Assembly (NCBI RefSeq): GCF_006345805.1
Contig: NC_043002.1
Span: forward strand, 21,638,001 to 21,702,000
DNA: 64,000 nt
Origin: Octopus sinensis
Taxonomy: Eukaryota
Direction of reading: 5' to 3'
Positions within the stretch are counted from its first letter, which is position 1; each line of letters starts with the position of its first letter. Position numbers and translations under genes: made by a program. Below the pieces are notes generated by a model. It saw only the letters and a program-made list of their open reading frames with translations, was not told the origin of the DNA and did no database searches. Positions 24,563 to 38,105 of the stretch are shown here, one piece after another.

Positions 24563-25439
24563 TACATACATACATATATACATGTAACTGGTACTCCCCT
24601 TTGGTTACGATGATCAGTGTTCCAGTTGATTAGATCAACCAAACAGTCTGCTCAGGAAATTAATGTGCAAGTGGCTGAGTACTCCTCAGATATGTGCACC
24701 CTTCTTAAAACAATTCGCAGGGAGATTTAGTGTGACACAAAATGTGACAAGGCTGGTGTTTTTGAATTACAGATACAACTCATTTTTGCCAGCTGAGCGA
24801 ACTGGAGCAACATGAAATAAAAGTGTCTTGCCCAAGGACAGAATGTGCTACCAGGAATCAAACTCGTGACCTTGCAGTTGTGAGCCAAATAGCCTAACCT
24901 CTAAACCACATGCCTTCTCTCTCTCTAACACACACACACAAACATGCACACACAGACACACACAAATATGCACACACAAACATGCACACACACACACACA
25001 CACAAACATGCACACACACACACACAAACATGCACACACACACACACACAAACATCACACACACACACACACCCACACCGACACACACATACATACATTA
25101 CTACTTCTCTGTTTTCACACTGAAGTGTTGGCAAGTTGCTGAGTGAACTGAGCTGCTGACTTGATCATGTCTGTGACTGTGCTTTGACTTTGTAAGGTCT
25201 GGATAGCCAGAAATGATGTGGTCAGTTGTCTCATAATACTGACTGCAATGTTTTCTCTTGTTGTTAGCCTCTTGTTTCTATTAATATTTTCAGGACAAAA
25301 TGGCTTTTATGGTATTTATTTATCTTAGTTTAATCCCTAAGATGAAATTCTGCAGGAGCAGTCATTGCACTTTCATTTTCTGAAACTTAAAGAAATATTT
25401 TATTGACTGCAGCTTTGTCATGTCAGAAGTAATTTAATA

Positions 25440-26350
25440 TTCTGAGTTCAGTTACGTTCTGAGCTCAAATTCCGCCAAGGTTGACTTTGCCTTTCATCCT
25501 TTCAGGGTCAATAAATTAAGTACCAGTTTCTGTTACTAGGGTCAATCGTATTGACTGGCCCACTCCTCAAAAATTTTGGGCCTTGTGAATTGCAAGGTTA
25601 TGAGATTGATTCTGAGTTCAAATCCAGTCAGCATTAACTGCCCCTTTTAATCCTTCCACGGTCAAAGTGGGGCACTTCTGCTGCTATTAATTATATGGCA
25701 GTAAAGCAGCAAGTTAGCAGAATCATTAGCATGCCAGGCAAAATGCTTAGTGGTATTTCATTCATCTTTTCATTCTGAGTTCAAATTCTATCAAGTTTAC
25801 TTTGCCTTTCATCCTTTTGGGGTGGATATAATAAGCACCAGTTGAGCAAATTACTCTTTCCCCTGAAATTGCTGGCCTTGTGCCATAATTTGAAACCATT
25901 ATTCATATAGCAGTAAATGGCAGAACTGGTAAAACACGAATGAAAATTCCTTATGTATTTAGTTATATCTTTGCATTTTTAGTTCAAATCCTATCAAGTT
26001 TGACCTGGCCTTTCATCGTTTTGTGTTTGGTAAAATTCATACCAGTTACAATTGGCTGGGGTCTATAATTAATTGTACCCTCTTCCTAAGTTCATGGCTT
26101 TTTACTCTTTGATAAATATCACGATGATGATCATCATCATCATTGATGGTAGTGGAATCTTCATTGTCATCATCATCATCATCATCATTGTGGTGGTTAT
26201 CATTATTGTTCATTGAGCAAGATGCATTGAAGAATGTAATTTGTGTTAATTTACGTTCTGAGTTCAAACTCCCACAGTGACTGGCTTTATCTTTTTCATT
26301 CTTCTGGGGAGGGTCAGTAAAAGAAAGTACCCGTCGAGTACTGGTTTTGA
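25440..26350 (+). mobile_element. Second stack of decayed family B SINE fragments
   Basis: Repeated tctgagttcaaat..ctttcatcc blocks at ~25455, 25610, 25770, 25975 and 26255. Confidence 0.65.
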
Positions 26351-27176
26351 TTTCATCACCTATGTCCCCCTACCCCCACTACAGCCCATGCCACCCTGCT
26401 CCCTTCCTTACAAAATTTGTAGTCTTCTGTCTACATTAGAAAATTACTACTACTACTGCTGCTGCTGCTGCTACTACTACCACCACCACCACCACTGTAT
26501 ATTACCAACTAGCCCATTTTGGTCTTTTGTTCTAGAAAATACTTTTAACAAAAAGAAAATTATTTTTGTTTTTGTCATATTTTCTAGTTTCTATTCATTA
26601 CATAATGACTATTTTGATAACAAATTCTAACCAAAGTCAGTCTTTGTGTGTTGGCATTTATTGTCAAAGACTGGTGTAGAGGAGTGGGGAGAAAGATGTA
26701 CGTGCGGTGTATGTACAAGTATGCGTGTGCCCGCGTGTATTAATTTCTGTGTGAAAGTTCTTCCTATGTAATGCTCATTGAATGAAATGGCAGTAATATT
26801 TCTCTTCCTTTATCTCCTCTTTATTCTAACCATTCCATTACTTGGTGTTTTTATCTTTGGAAGAAAGAGAAAAAAATGTTCTTTGCTATTCTGATTATAC
26901 AGTCCATTTCCTCGAAAATGGTCTTCACACACACACACACACACACACATACATATGTGAGTTGATGTATATACATGGTCATAAATGTGTATGTATGTAT
27001 GTAAGTGTGTATATGTATCTTATACATAATTTTTCTCTGTGTATGAATATATTAACAATTATGTATGTATGCATATACAACAATATATACATAAATACAA
27101 TCATACGTATACATGTGTAGGTGTTTGTACATATGTGTATGTATCTCTCTCTCTTTGTTTGTCTATCTATTTATAT

Positions 27177-27207
<31 letters not shown>

Positions 27208-28067
27208 TACATATATCTTATTTCAAGAATGGCTATATTGGTGTTGTATGTATCTGTGTGAATGCATGCACGCACATGCACACATGCACACATATGTGTG
27301 CATTTCTTGGTGTAAAGAGGTTTTTCCATATCTGTTCTTTAGTTCATAGCCATCATGAGCAAGATCACTCCAGAGCATCACCTTCAGAATTGCAGTTAGA
27401 TAACATTTAAAAGTCTTAGAAGAAACTTTTGCACTGTTTCATAATTCTTTTGGGAAACAGATGTAGGACTGAGAACCTTTTAAATACCAAACTGTTGTTT
27501 CACAAGTTTCTGATACGTAAGTTTGAAGAAAACAAAGCTGGGATTTGGTTTCCTCTCTTCTTTCTTCATTTTTCTTTTTTTCTCTTGTCTGTCAAAGTTT
27601 GGAACATGGTATTTAAGAATCATCAACACTGGCATGGCTGTATAGTTAAGAAGCTTGCTTTGCAACCACCTGGATTCAGGTTCAGTCTCACTGGATGACA
27701 CTTTGTGCAAGTGTCTTCTACAATAGCCCTGAGCTGACTAATGTCTTGTGAGTGAATTTGGTAGATGGAAACTGTGTGGAAGCCCATCATATCTCTGTGT
27801 GTGTGTATACATATATATCATCATCATCATCTTTTAACATCTGTTTTCCATGCTAGCATGAATTGGATGGTTTGACTGGGGTCTGGGAAGCAAGGAGGCT
27901 GCACCAGGTGCCAGTCTGATCTGGCAGTGTTTTTACAGCTGGATGCCCTTCTTAATGCCAACCACTCCATGAGTGTAGTGGGTGCTTTTTACATGCTACC
28001 AGCACAGAGTAAGTCAAGGCAGCGCTGGCATCGGCCACATTTGGATGGTGCATTTTATGTGCCACCA

Positions 28068-28091
<24 letters not shown>

Positions 28092-28103
<12 letters not shown>

Positions 28104-28345
28104 AAACAAGTCAAGATAGAAAATGCTAAAATAATTTTATAAAGAACATTTCAGGACTGCAGTTTCTAGGTATTTGCCTGTCTTCGGTGTACGGCAATCA
28201 CCGGTTTTCGAGGTGAATAGCAACATCGAAAACCGGTGATTGCCGTACGCCGAAGACAGTCAAGTACCTAGAAACTGCAGTCCTGAAATGTTCTTTATAA
28301 AATTATTTTAGCATTTTCTATCTTGACTTGTTTTTTCATATATAT
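28092..28345. repeat. Near-perfect palindrome, ~120-bp arms and 14-nt loop
   Basis: Arms 28092-28211 and 28226-28345 with 3 mismatches; embedded in TA repeats. Confidence 0.95.
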
Positions 28346-30563
28346 CAACTCGTGTGTTCCTTTTCATCCATATGTATATATATATATATATATGTTAAAT
28401 AAAATAAGATTATAGAGGTGCTATGGCCCATTGGTTAGGGCAGCGGACTTGCGTTCATGGGATCGTGGTTTTGATTCCCAGACCGGGTGTTGAAAGTGTT
28501 TATTGAGCAAAAACATCTAAAGCTCCATGAGACTGTAGCAAGGAGTGGTGGCGAACCCTGCTCTACTCTTTCACCACAATTTTCTCTCACTCTTTCTTCC
28601 TGTTTCTATTGTACCTGTAATTCATAGGGCCAGCCTTGTCATACTCTGTGTCAAGCTGAATCTCTCTGAGAACTATGGGAAACACTCCTACATGTTATCT
28701 CTACTCTCTCGAACACTAACAAGAACAATATGCCATAATATATATAAAATTTTTAAAAAACTCTTCAGTCATGAATGACCGTGGGATTGCACCTAGAAAG
28801 TTCCCCTCCAAGGCAAGGTTGTTTATGGAAGACCAGCAGTTGTCCATGTATACCAGACTCCCATCTCCATACCACCGATGTTGTCTGAGGGAAAGTCAAA
28901 GGCAGACACAGCTTGGCACCAGTAACATCACAACTCATTTCTCTCAGGTCTCTAATTGTGAATGCTTTCTGTACCCACCCACTGAGCTCAGAACAGGTTG
29001 TCAACAGTTTCTGAATATATTTAAAGAAACATGGATATACAGATATAGTTAATGTAGCCCAACACTCCTGTCTTCAAACCCTTAGATTAGGGACCATTGT
29101 ACAATGGTTTTCTGTTTGAACTATTTCCTTATATGGAGCAGAAGAGATGGAGAAGGTAGAAGATGGCCGTTTGTAGTCATTTAACTATGACATTGAACTG
29201 GTCACATGACTACAAGGAAGCTCTCTTATTGGTTATTTCTAAAGGTGGTGGTGGTGGTGAGGGAGGGTTTGTTAGGAGGAGAATTGACTGTTATATTACG
29301 TTCACCCTTTGGTTACATTGAGCCCCTCACATTGTTCCCACAAATCACTATTGTAAAGGTTGCATTAAGTTTGTAGAGTTATATTATGATTGTTAGAATA
29401 ACTTTAGTCTCTTGGGCAAGTGTCCTCTGCTATAGCCCCAGGCTGACCAAAGCCTTGTGTTGGGGTCTTGGAGATGGAAACTGAATAAAGACTGTGTGTG
29501 TGTTTGCACATGTTTTTGCATGTGTGTTTATGTGTTTGATTTACATCTATGATTGCTTGTAGGAAAGTGTGGTAAGCAGTGTTGCTGTCAGTTTTCCTTG
29601 TCAAGAAATCATCCAGTCACTTTGTGCGTAGGGAGCTGAGTGGAATAAGAGATCCTTTACTTGAAAATCAAGATAGGATTAGCATCAGGAAAGATATCCA
29701 GTTGTAAAACAATGCCTCAAAATGTTATATTTGTATGACCCAAGAAAGATTCAAAGAACAACATAAAATGAATGAGCAAGCATTAAATTGAGGCAGTTGC
29801 TATCTCGAGGCTTCCTTGACTGAAAGTGTAGACACCATTTCAAACACCAATAAAAAAAATTGATTTTTGGAGATTTGATTATTAAACTGAACAAGTGAAG
29901 GAAGGCATTTGTCCAAGATAGAATCACATGTAGACCCATGTAGCTGCAAATCAAATTTCCTTCATGTCACAGTCATGTAGAACTACTTACATGTCTTTGC
30001 TTTATATGAGAGAAAAGTGTGGTTTGAGGAATATTTAGCTACTATTTATAGGAGCTTGTATGTGTGACCTCACAGATTTGTTATTAAGAATTTAATTTAA
30101 TCTGGTGTCCTTATGACATATCTAACTAACTCTCACTGCAACCTGCTGCTAATGCAGAGAATTGCATACATGTTGATGTTGCACTCTGTTGCATATTACT
30201 GACACATTTGATTATGCACATGCTGCACAGTTACTGGTGATGCAGTATTTACATCATACTTTTTAATTGCATTTTGGCAAATTAATTGCCTGTCTTTGAC
30301 TACAACAACAATAAAAACTACAACAAATAGATATAAATTGTTCTTGTAAGTGTTGTTTATGTTTTAACATAACCATCATCTGTCTTCCTCAACACATTCT
30401 GTTGTCTGTTTTCTTCTTCTCTCTCTTTTATTTCTTCTGTTTCATTCTTCTGTTTTTTTTCTGCTTCCTTCTTCATTTCTCTCGTCTCCCTACCTAGTGC
30501 AAATCTATTTCTATAGACTTAACGTATATAGTTCTAATTAAAAAAGCTAACTACAAATACCTA

Positions 30564-30978
30564 TAGGCGCAGGAGTGGCTGTGTGGTGAGCAGCTTGCTT
30601 ACCAACCACATGGTTCCGGGTTCAGTCCCACTGCGTGGCACCTTGGGCAAGTGTCTTCTACTATAGCCTCGGGCCGATCAAAGCCTTGTGACTGGATTTG
30701 GTAGACGGAAACTGAAAGAAGCCTGTTGTATATATATATATGTATATATATGCGTGTGTGTGTTTGTGTGTCTGTATTTGTCCACCCAACATCGCTTGAC
30801 AACCGATGCTGGTGTGTTTACTTCTCCGTTACTTAGCGGTTTGGCAAAAGAGACCGATAGAATAAGTACTAGGCTTACAAAGAATAAGTCCTGGAGTCGA
30901 TTTGCTCGACTAAAAGGCGGTGCTCCAGCATGGCCACAGTCAAATGACTGAAACAAGTAAAAGAGTAAAGAGTAAGAG
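30564..30978 (+). mobile_element. tRNA-derived SINE, family C, full length
   Basis: A-box-like tggctgtgtggt, B-box-like gggttcagtccc, CORE-like ccttgggcaagt, internal (TA/TG)n and an (AAGAGT)n tail; many copies in the window. Confidence 0.85.
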
Positions 30979-32701
30979 AGAGGGGGAATAACCATGAGGG
31001 AAAAACAATATCAATCTATGATAAATTTCATTTTGGTTCTTTCACAACTATGGGAGACAACTATTGACATTTTAATGTTATTAAACCTTCTCAGCCTTAT
31101 TGCCAAATTAATGATGAGCAAATCATGAAGTGGATGTGCACTGATTAATTCAACTTCCTGCATTTGTTGTCCAGTTCTAAAACATATGATATTGCAAAAT
31201 CATACTAATGTTGTTTACAATCATTTTGAAGGAAATGAGAAACTCTGTAATGGAAAGGAGAAAACTGTAATCTCTTACTCTATCATTGATTACACTTCTA
31301 AAATGGAATCATTACAGAATCAGTATGAGATGTTTTGGCACAGTTGTTTTGGTGCCGCTTAATTGGAGACATCACTGATTCAATGCTAACTTATTTGACA
31401 TCAGACATTTTAATGTTTCTCTCATTTTAATGTTTATCTGTGCTAACTTTGGATTGTAGGGTGACCTGCTGCGCTTGAGGAGACCTGTTGAGTCAAGTAC
31501 GTCAACATCAAAATCAAAATGAAAATCAAATGGAAATTGTAGTTAGGATACACTTGCCAGTGGCATGTAAAAAGCACCATCTGAATGTGGCCAATGCCAG
31601 CACCGCCTGACTGACGTTCGTGTCGGTGACATGTAAAAAGCACCAGCTGATCATGGCCGTTTGCCAGCCTCCTCTGGCCGCTGTACCAGTGGCATATAAA
31701 AAGCACCCACTACACTTACGGAGTAGTTGGCATTAGGATGGGCATCCAGCTGTAGAAACACTGCCAGACCAGACTGGAGCCTGGCGCAGCTATCTGGTTC
31801 GCCAGCCCTCAATCGAACCGTCTAACCCATGCTAGCATGGAAAATGAACGTTAAACGATGATGATGATGATGATCTCATTCTCTTCCTCTCTCCTCATCT
31901 CTCTCTCTCTCCCCATCTCTCTTTCTCTCTCATGAGCATATTTCTTTATGTGTATGAGGAGAGGGGATGTGTTTGTCAGTTGTGTTCTTGTAATAAATTT
32001 TAGTGTCTCTCTATCCTTCCTTTCCTTTCTTTCTTTTCCTTTTACTCTCTCTCTATCTCTGTGTATATTTCTCTGTGTGCTTGCTTGTGTGTGTGTGTGT
32101 GTGTTTGCCTCCAGCACTAAAACCCACTGAACATCCAGTTAGCTGCCCCAGATCATCTGCATCCAAACAGCTGTACAAAACCACCTCATTCCATTGTGAA
32201 ACTGAGCTTTGGATGTAGGAAATTTTCAACAAGGTATTAAGTGTTAAACCCTTGTATTTTGCTCAGGAATTCTATGTTATGAAGGATGAAAATGATAAAA
32301 AGAAACTGTTCTGGTTGGGTAAATCTCGTTAGTTTTGTGTAAGTTTGCTAAGTAACAATCAGTTTTAAACCAGTTGTCACCTCCCCTTTCTTCTTATCCT
32401 ACTCCTCCTTATCCTCTCCTTATTTTGCTACTCTTTCCCACAAGATCTATGTTTCTGTTATAAACTATACATAAAGTTTGTTACCACTATGCCACCCCAC
32501 CTAAGATGAACCAAATAATATATAACAGGCTTGAAAAGCCAAAACACTTTACAGTTTGATGAATGTAGCAGAACCAAAACTTTGATGTCACTGTCAATCT
32601 TTTTTGTAACAGTATATGTATATATATATCATCATATATATATCTATGCATATATACATATACACACACACACATATATAAACACATGCATACATACATA
32701 C

Positions 32702-32739
<38 letters not shown>

Positions 32740-33368
32740 TCATCATCATCATCATCATCATCGTTTAGCGTCCGCTTTCCATGCTAGCATGGGTTACATA
32801 TATGTATACATATGCATACATACACATACACTGATGAAGTGTATGGAAATGCACGAAACTAGATGTCTAGTCTAGGAGATTCTTGATTCGGTCATGGGAC
32901 AGTTTCTTCCCCTGTCAGCATGTGTATACATTTCGCACTCTTCCTACAACACAAAAAGTATTTTACTCCTATTTCTACCAATGTAGGTGTTTCAGCGCCC
33001 TTAGTCACATTCAGTGACAATTGAATTTTTCTACATATACATGCATACATACACACACACACACACATATATATATACATACATACTTGCATACATATAT
33101 ACAGACATACATACATATTTATATATAATAAGAGAAAAAATATATAGTAAATACACAAATAAAAAATAAGAAGTGTATAATGTATATTGAGTGCACAAAC
33201 GGATGAAAGACAGACACAGAAGGTCCCTAATTCTTCATCAGTTATCAACCAGATGGTTTTACTCAATTTCACACCTTTAATACATACATATTTATGAGGT
33301 GTGTTCAAAAAGTACCTGACCTTTAGGCATGAAAAAAAAAAAAGCTTTTTACATTTCCCAAATGTTAT

Positions 33369-33534
33369 TTAATCACCTTTAAAATGCTCCCTTTGGGAGT
33401 TCACACACTTCTTCCAAGTTCTGCCACTGCTGGTAATGCGTCTCAAATGCCTTTTCTGGAATAAAATGGAGTTCCATTATCACTTTTCTCATAATTTCCT
33501 CTCCCAATTCAAATCACTTCCCTTTCAGTATGGT

Positions 33535-33572
<38 letters not shown>

Positions 33573-34788
33573 CATTCATTTCTTCATTTAATATCTGTTT
33601 TCCATGCTAGCATGACCTGGGTGGGGAGTTACAAATGGGTAGCTAAATCTATGCATGTATGTTTGTGTGTGTGTCTGGAGCATATATATATATATATGTA
33701 TGTATGTAAAGTATATATGTGCATATATAAATGCACAAAGTCAGAAGTCACATGGTGCCAAGTCGGGAGAGTAGTTTTTTTAACAAATAGTATGTTGTTC
33801 TTTACCAGGAAAGTTTGGATTAAGTGGGTACATTGTTGTGGTGAAGTTGCCATTTCTTTACTGTCCACATGTCCATCCACTTTCAATGCACTGCATTACC
33901 AAGGTAACGTATAACCTTCAGGTAATATTCCTTATTGGTTGTTTGGCCTTGTGGCGCATATTCATGATACACAATACCGCAGGAGTCAAAGAAACGGGTC
34001 AACATTACCATCACATTGCTGAGAGCTGGTCATGTTATTTTGTGTCTCAGTGATGATGGATGCTTCCATTTGGAAGCACGCCGGGCGAAATGCGTAGCCA
34101 TATTTCGTCTGCCACTACGTTCTGAGTTCAAATTCTGCCGAGGTCGACTTTGCCTTTCATCCTTTCGGGGTCGATTAAATAAGTACCAGTTATGCACTGG
34201 GATCGATATAATTGACTTAATCCATCTGTCTGTCCTTCTTTGTCTCCTCTGTGTTTAACCCCTTGTGGGTTGTAAAGAAATAGGATGCTTCCATTTGGAG
34301 GACTGGAACATGGTTTCCAGGTCGTAACCATAAGCCCACGTCTTCATCACCAGTTACGCTGATCTTCTTGAAGTCTGAGTCATAGTTTTCACAGCTTAAC
34401 ATGTCTTGAGTGATTTCCAAGTGCAGTTGTTTCTGCTGCTCCACCAGCACCTTGGTGATGAAATTTGCCAATACTTGCCTCATGCACAAATCCCCCATTT
34501 AAATGCATTGCATTGATCCTGTGCTTTTTCCCACTTCATGAGCAATTTACTGGAATATTACACAACAGTCTTCCATGGCTATTCGCTGGCTCCTCATGTT
34601 GGCTTGTGGGCAGCCCACTTGAGCATGCTTCACTCTCCACTGAGGTTTGGCTATGTTTGAAGTAATTGTACCATTCCTTTATTTGAGTTTTGCCCATAGT
34701 ATCATCACCAAAGGCCTGGTGGTTTGAGCCTGAATATCAAGCTTTTGGCAAAATTGGTGCAATGTCTCTGCTCAATGTGTTCAATCAT
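33369..34788 (-). pseudogene. Mariner transposase pseudogene
   Basis: Minus-strand pieces read MIEHIEQRHC..AFGDDTMGKTQIKEWYN, LCMRQVLANFITKVL..VTGDE, SSKWKHPSS, VMLTRFFDSCGIVYHEYAPQGQTTNKEYY, WQLHHNN, YSPDLAPCDF* (33741-33773) and KTILKGK..WKKCVNSQREHFKGD*. It carries stops and frameshifts and is interrupted by a SINE and a foreign insert. Confidence 0.9.
34075..34282 (+). mobile_element. 5'-truncated tRNA-derived SINE (family B) inserted in the mariner
   Basis: Flanked by the 17-bp target-site duplication GGATGCTTCCATTTGGA (34058-34074 and 34283-34299); removing it rejoins the transposase SKWKHP-SS. Confidence 0.9.
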
Positions 34789-35158
34789 CTTACATGAAAA
34801 TGAAAATCCAATGGGTGTGCACTACATGTCTATATTCCAAGCATAACAGCCAGGAACTGATGTAGTGTTAAAATTTTCACACATGCACAGGAAGGACGGC
34901 ATCACCTCCCTCTCAAAGGATTTTGCCTACACAGCATTAGTTTTGGAGAGAAAAATTCAAGTTAGATACTCTTTCAATGCACCTCATAAATGTGTGGGTG
35001 GTGTATATGTGTGTATATACATATATTTGTGTTTGTGTATGTGTGTATTCATTCATTTGTTCATTTAATATCTGTTTTCCATGCTAGCATGACTTGGGTG
35101 GGGAGTTACAAATGGGTAGCCAAATCTATGCAAGTGTGTTTGTGTGCGTGTCTGGGGC

Positions 35159-35189
<31 letters not shown>

Positions 35190-35367
35190 ATATATATGCA
35201 TGTATAAATGCATAAATTTATTTTCATTTGTGTTAGTGTGTATGTGTGTAACATATACATATGTAGATGTGTGTGCACATATTTGTTGATTATATATATA
35301 TATGTATGTATATGGGGATATGTGAGTGAATGTACACATGTAGCTATTTCTTTGTGTGTGAAAACAG

Positions 35368-35410
<43 letters not shown>

Positions 35411-36399
35411 CATACATTCATATAATGGCTGTGTATGTCAACCTTATCCTTGGATGCTCCTTAATGTGTAAAATGGTTACAGCTTACATACTGCTGGCTG
35501 TGATACAAACACATAAAAACACACATGACCACACATACACCTATGTAACATTGCTTACACTTTCTTAAGTACCTGTTCCCACCAGCCTTCCTTCTTCCCC
35601 CCGATCTTCATTGTCCATCATTCCTGTTCAGTAACCTGAAGTGGGTTTTTATAACCCTACTATGAGGACAATTCATCCTTCATACTACCTTTTCGTCACT
35701 ATTGATTTTCTTTCACTCACTCCATATTGATTTCTCTCCTGCCATGACCACCACCACCAACACCTCCCCCCCTTCCTGCCGTTATTGTATCTTCTGATTG
35801 GTTGCTATGGTTGTGAATATACTGACATCAACTCTTTCCCCCCTCCTTCTTCTTCTTCTTCGTCTCTGTCTTAACCCATCACCCCTTCATTGATTCTGCT
35901 CTGTGATTGTGTCACATGAGCACCATACCTCACAGCAAGTCATCAGGGAGAGCCTCTACACAGCCACCACAATTGCTAGAAATAACAGCCAAAAATGTCT
36001 AAAATCACACAGTATTGTCATAAATGTCTAAACGACACGCTGGGTAATATAGATCGAATTATACCTAAAAATGTCTGGCTGGTCATGTTTGGAATGTCTT
36101 TGAATATAATTCTGCTTGATCATGATTAACCTGGGACTAAACAACAGCAACAATCAAAACATCACCTTGTCTTGTCAGTATAATTGATTTCATCTAAGAG
36201 AGACACTGATTTCACTTAATGCTGTGTTGTTTGTTTCTTTCTTTCTCTCTCTTTCTCTGTATCTCTTATTCATTTTTTTGTTGGTTTATTTATTTTATTT
36301 TATTTGCTTTTTCACTTTTTCTTTCTTTCCATCTCTTTTTCTTTCTAATGCCAGTTTGCAATATGTATGTATGTGTCTGTATACAAATATATGAATATA

Positions 36400-36406
36400 A
36401 GCATGC

Positions 36407-36439
<33 letters not shown>

Positions 36440-36704
36440 GACACATACATACATATATATATACACACATATATATACACATATATATATATACACACAT
36501 ACATACATACATACATATATACACATATATATACACACACACACACACCACACATATATATATATACACACACACACACACATACATACATATATATGCA
36601 CACATATATATACATATATATATATACACATATATATATATACACATATATACATATATATATATATACATATATATACATATATATATATACATATATA
36701 TACA

Positions 36705-36779
<75 letters not shown>
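36400..36779. repeat. Compound (TA)n/(CA)n microsatellite
   Basis: Direct reading. Confidence 0.9.
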
Positions 36780-36782
<3 letters not shown>

Positions 36783-36987
36783 ATGTTACATTACTCGGTA
36801 GTCAAGATAAAACTCTGAGTTTCAGATGCCGAAGTGGAAATCCACAACACCATCTCTTCGGTTATCTGGCTATTTGAAAACGTTCGTTTTCAAATAGCCA
36901 GATAACCGAAGAGATGGTGTTGTGGATTTCCACTTCGGCATCTGAAACTCAGAGTTTTATCTTGACTACCGAGTAATGTAACATATT
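36780..36987. repeat. Perfect palindrome, 103-bp arms and 2-nt loop
   Basis: 36780-36882 is the exact reverse complement of 36885-36987; abuts a (TA)n tract. Confidence 0.95.
36900..36962 (+). ncRNA. Candidate type-I hammerhead ribozyme (variant core); mirror copy on the minus strand at 36805-36867
   Basis: Stem I AGATAA/TTATCT, core CCGAAGA, stem II GATG/CATC, one extra T, GAAA, stem III ACTC-A-GAGT, cleavage triplet GUU. Confidence 0.5.
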
Positions 36988-37813
36988 ATTGTATAGATAA
37001 ATTTCCTCTATTTACATAATATTGAGGTCTCTTTCTTTCTTTTGTTATCTTACCGTTTTATCAATATATATATATATATGCTAATACATGAAACTCTCAG
37101 CCCTTGAGTCACTCTGTTGTTTCTGCTAGATATTGATAATATATATATTGAGAGAGAGAGAGATACTGGCATGTGTGTGTGGGTGTGTGCATACATACAT
37201 GTATGTGTGTTTTGTGTGTGTAAGTGTATATATATATATGAGTATGTGTACATGCCTCCTTGCGTTGATAATAGGCAATAGTTGTAAATAAAGTCTTGTT
37301 ATGGGGAAATATTACCTCAACAGGAAACAGCTTATAGTTGACAACAACAAGATCATTCAGCTGTAGAAAATGAGTCTTAGTAGATTGTGAGTGACCCATA
37401 CAAGCATGGAGAAGTGGACATTAAAATGGTGATTTTTTTTTTTGTTTTTTTTTTTTTCAATGCTCAGGATTGCTGAAGCATAGAATAAATTACCAGTATC
37501 AGTTGTTAGGTGTCAAGACACTACATCCTTCAAAACTGCCATGGTTCCTGAAATTTGCCAACAGAACACCTGATGCCCACCTTCCTCTTTTTAAACAACT
37601 CATTCACTGCTCACTTCCTGTGCATGTTCTGCGTACCATTCATGCACTTTTGGCTACTTTTTCTTATGAGTTGTAGTGTACCTGGGCACTGTATACAATA
37701 AGTTCATTATATGATGATGACATATTTATACGTATACATATATATCTATACCTGTCTGTCTGTCTGTTTGTCTGTCTGTATGTATGTATATATGTATACA
37801 CACACACACACAC

Positions 37814-37846
<33 letters not shown>

Positions 37847-37876
37847 GTATATATACACATATACACACATATATAT

Positions 37877-38105
37877 GGGGTGTTCAAAAAGTCTTTCTGC
37901 AGTGAATATTTTATTGCAAAATAAATGTTTATAGGATTGTATAAGAATACAAAAGAATATCTTAGACTTTACACGACTTTAAAAAACTTTATAAGAGGTG
38001 TTGAAAGTGTCGTCCTTCATTTTAATACATAAGTTGACTCTTCTACACACATTTTGAAATACATCTTGAAGACAAAAATTCACTGCTGAGAGACTTTTTG
38101 AACAC
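37877..38105. mobile_element. Tc1/mariner-type MITE
   Basis: 28-bp TIRs at 37880-37907 and 38078-38105 (26/28 identical) enclosing ~170 bp of non-coding AT-rich DNA. Confidence 0.8.

Larger units (their letters stand above)
33293..34988 (-). mobile_element. Near full-length decayed mariner DNA transposon
   Basis: TA at both ends; imperfect 26-bp TIRs (tgaggtgtgttcaaaaagtacctgac vs rc tgaggtgcattgaaagagtatctaac, 20/26); transposase remnant inside. Confidence 0.9.
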
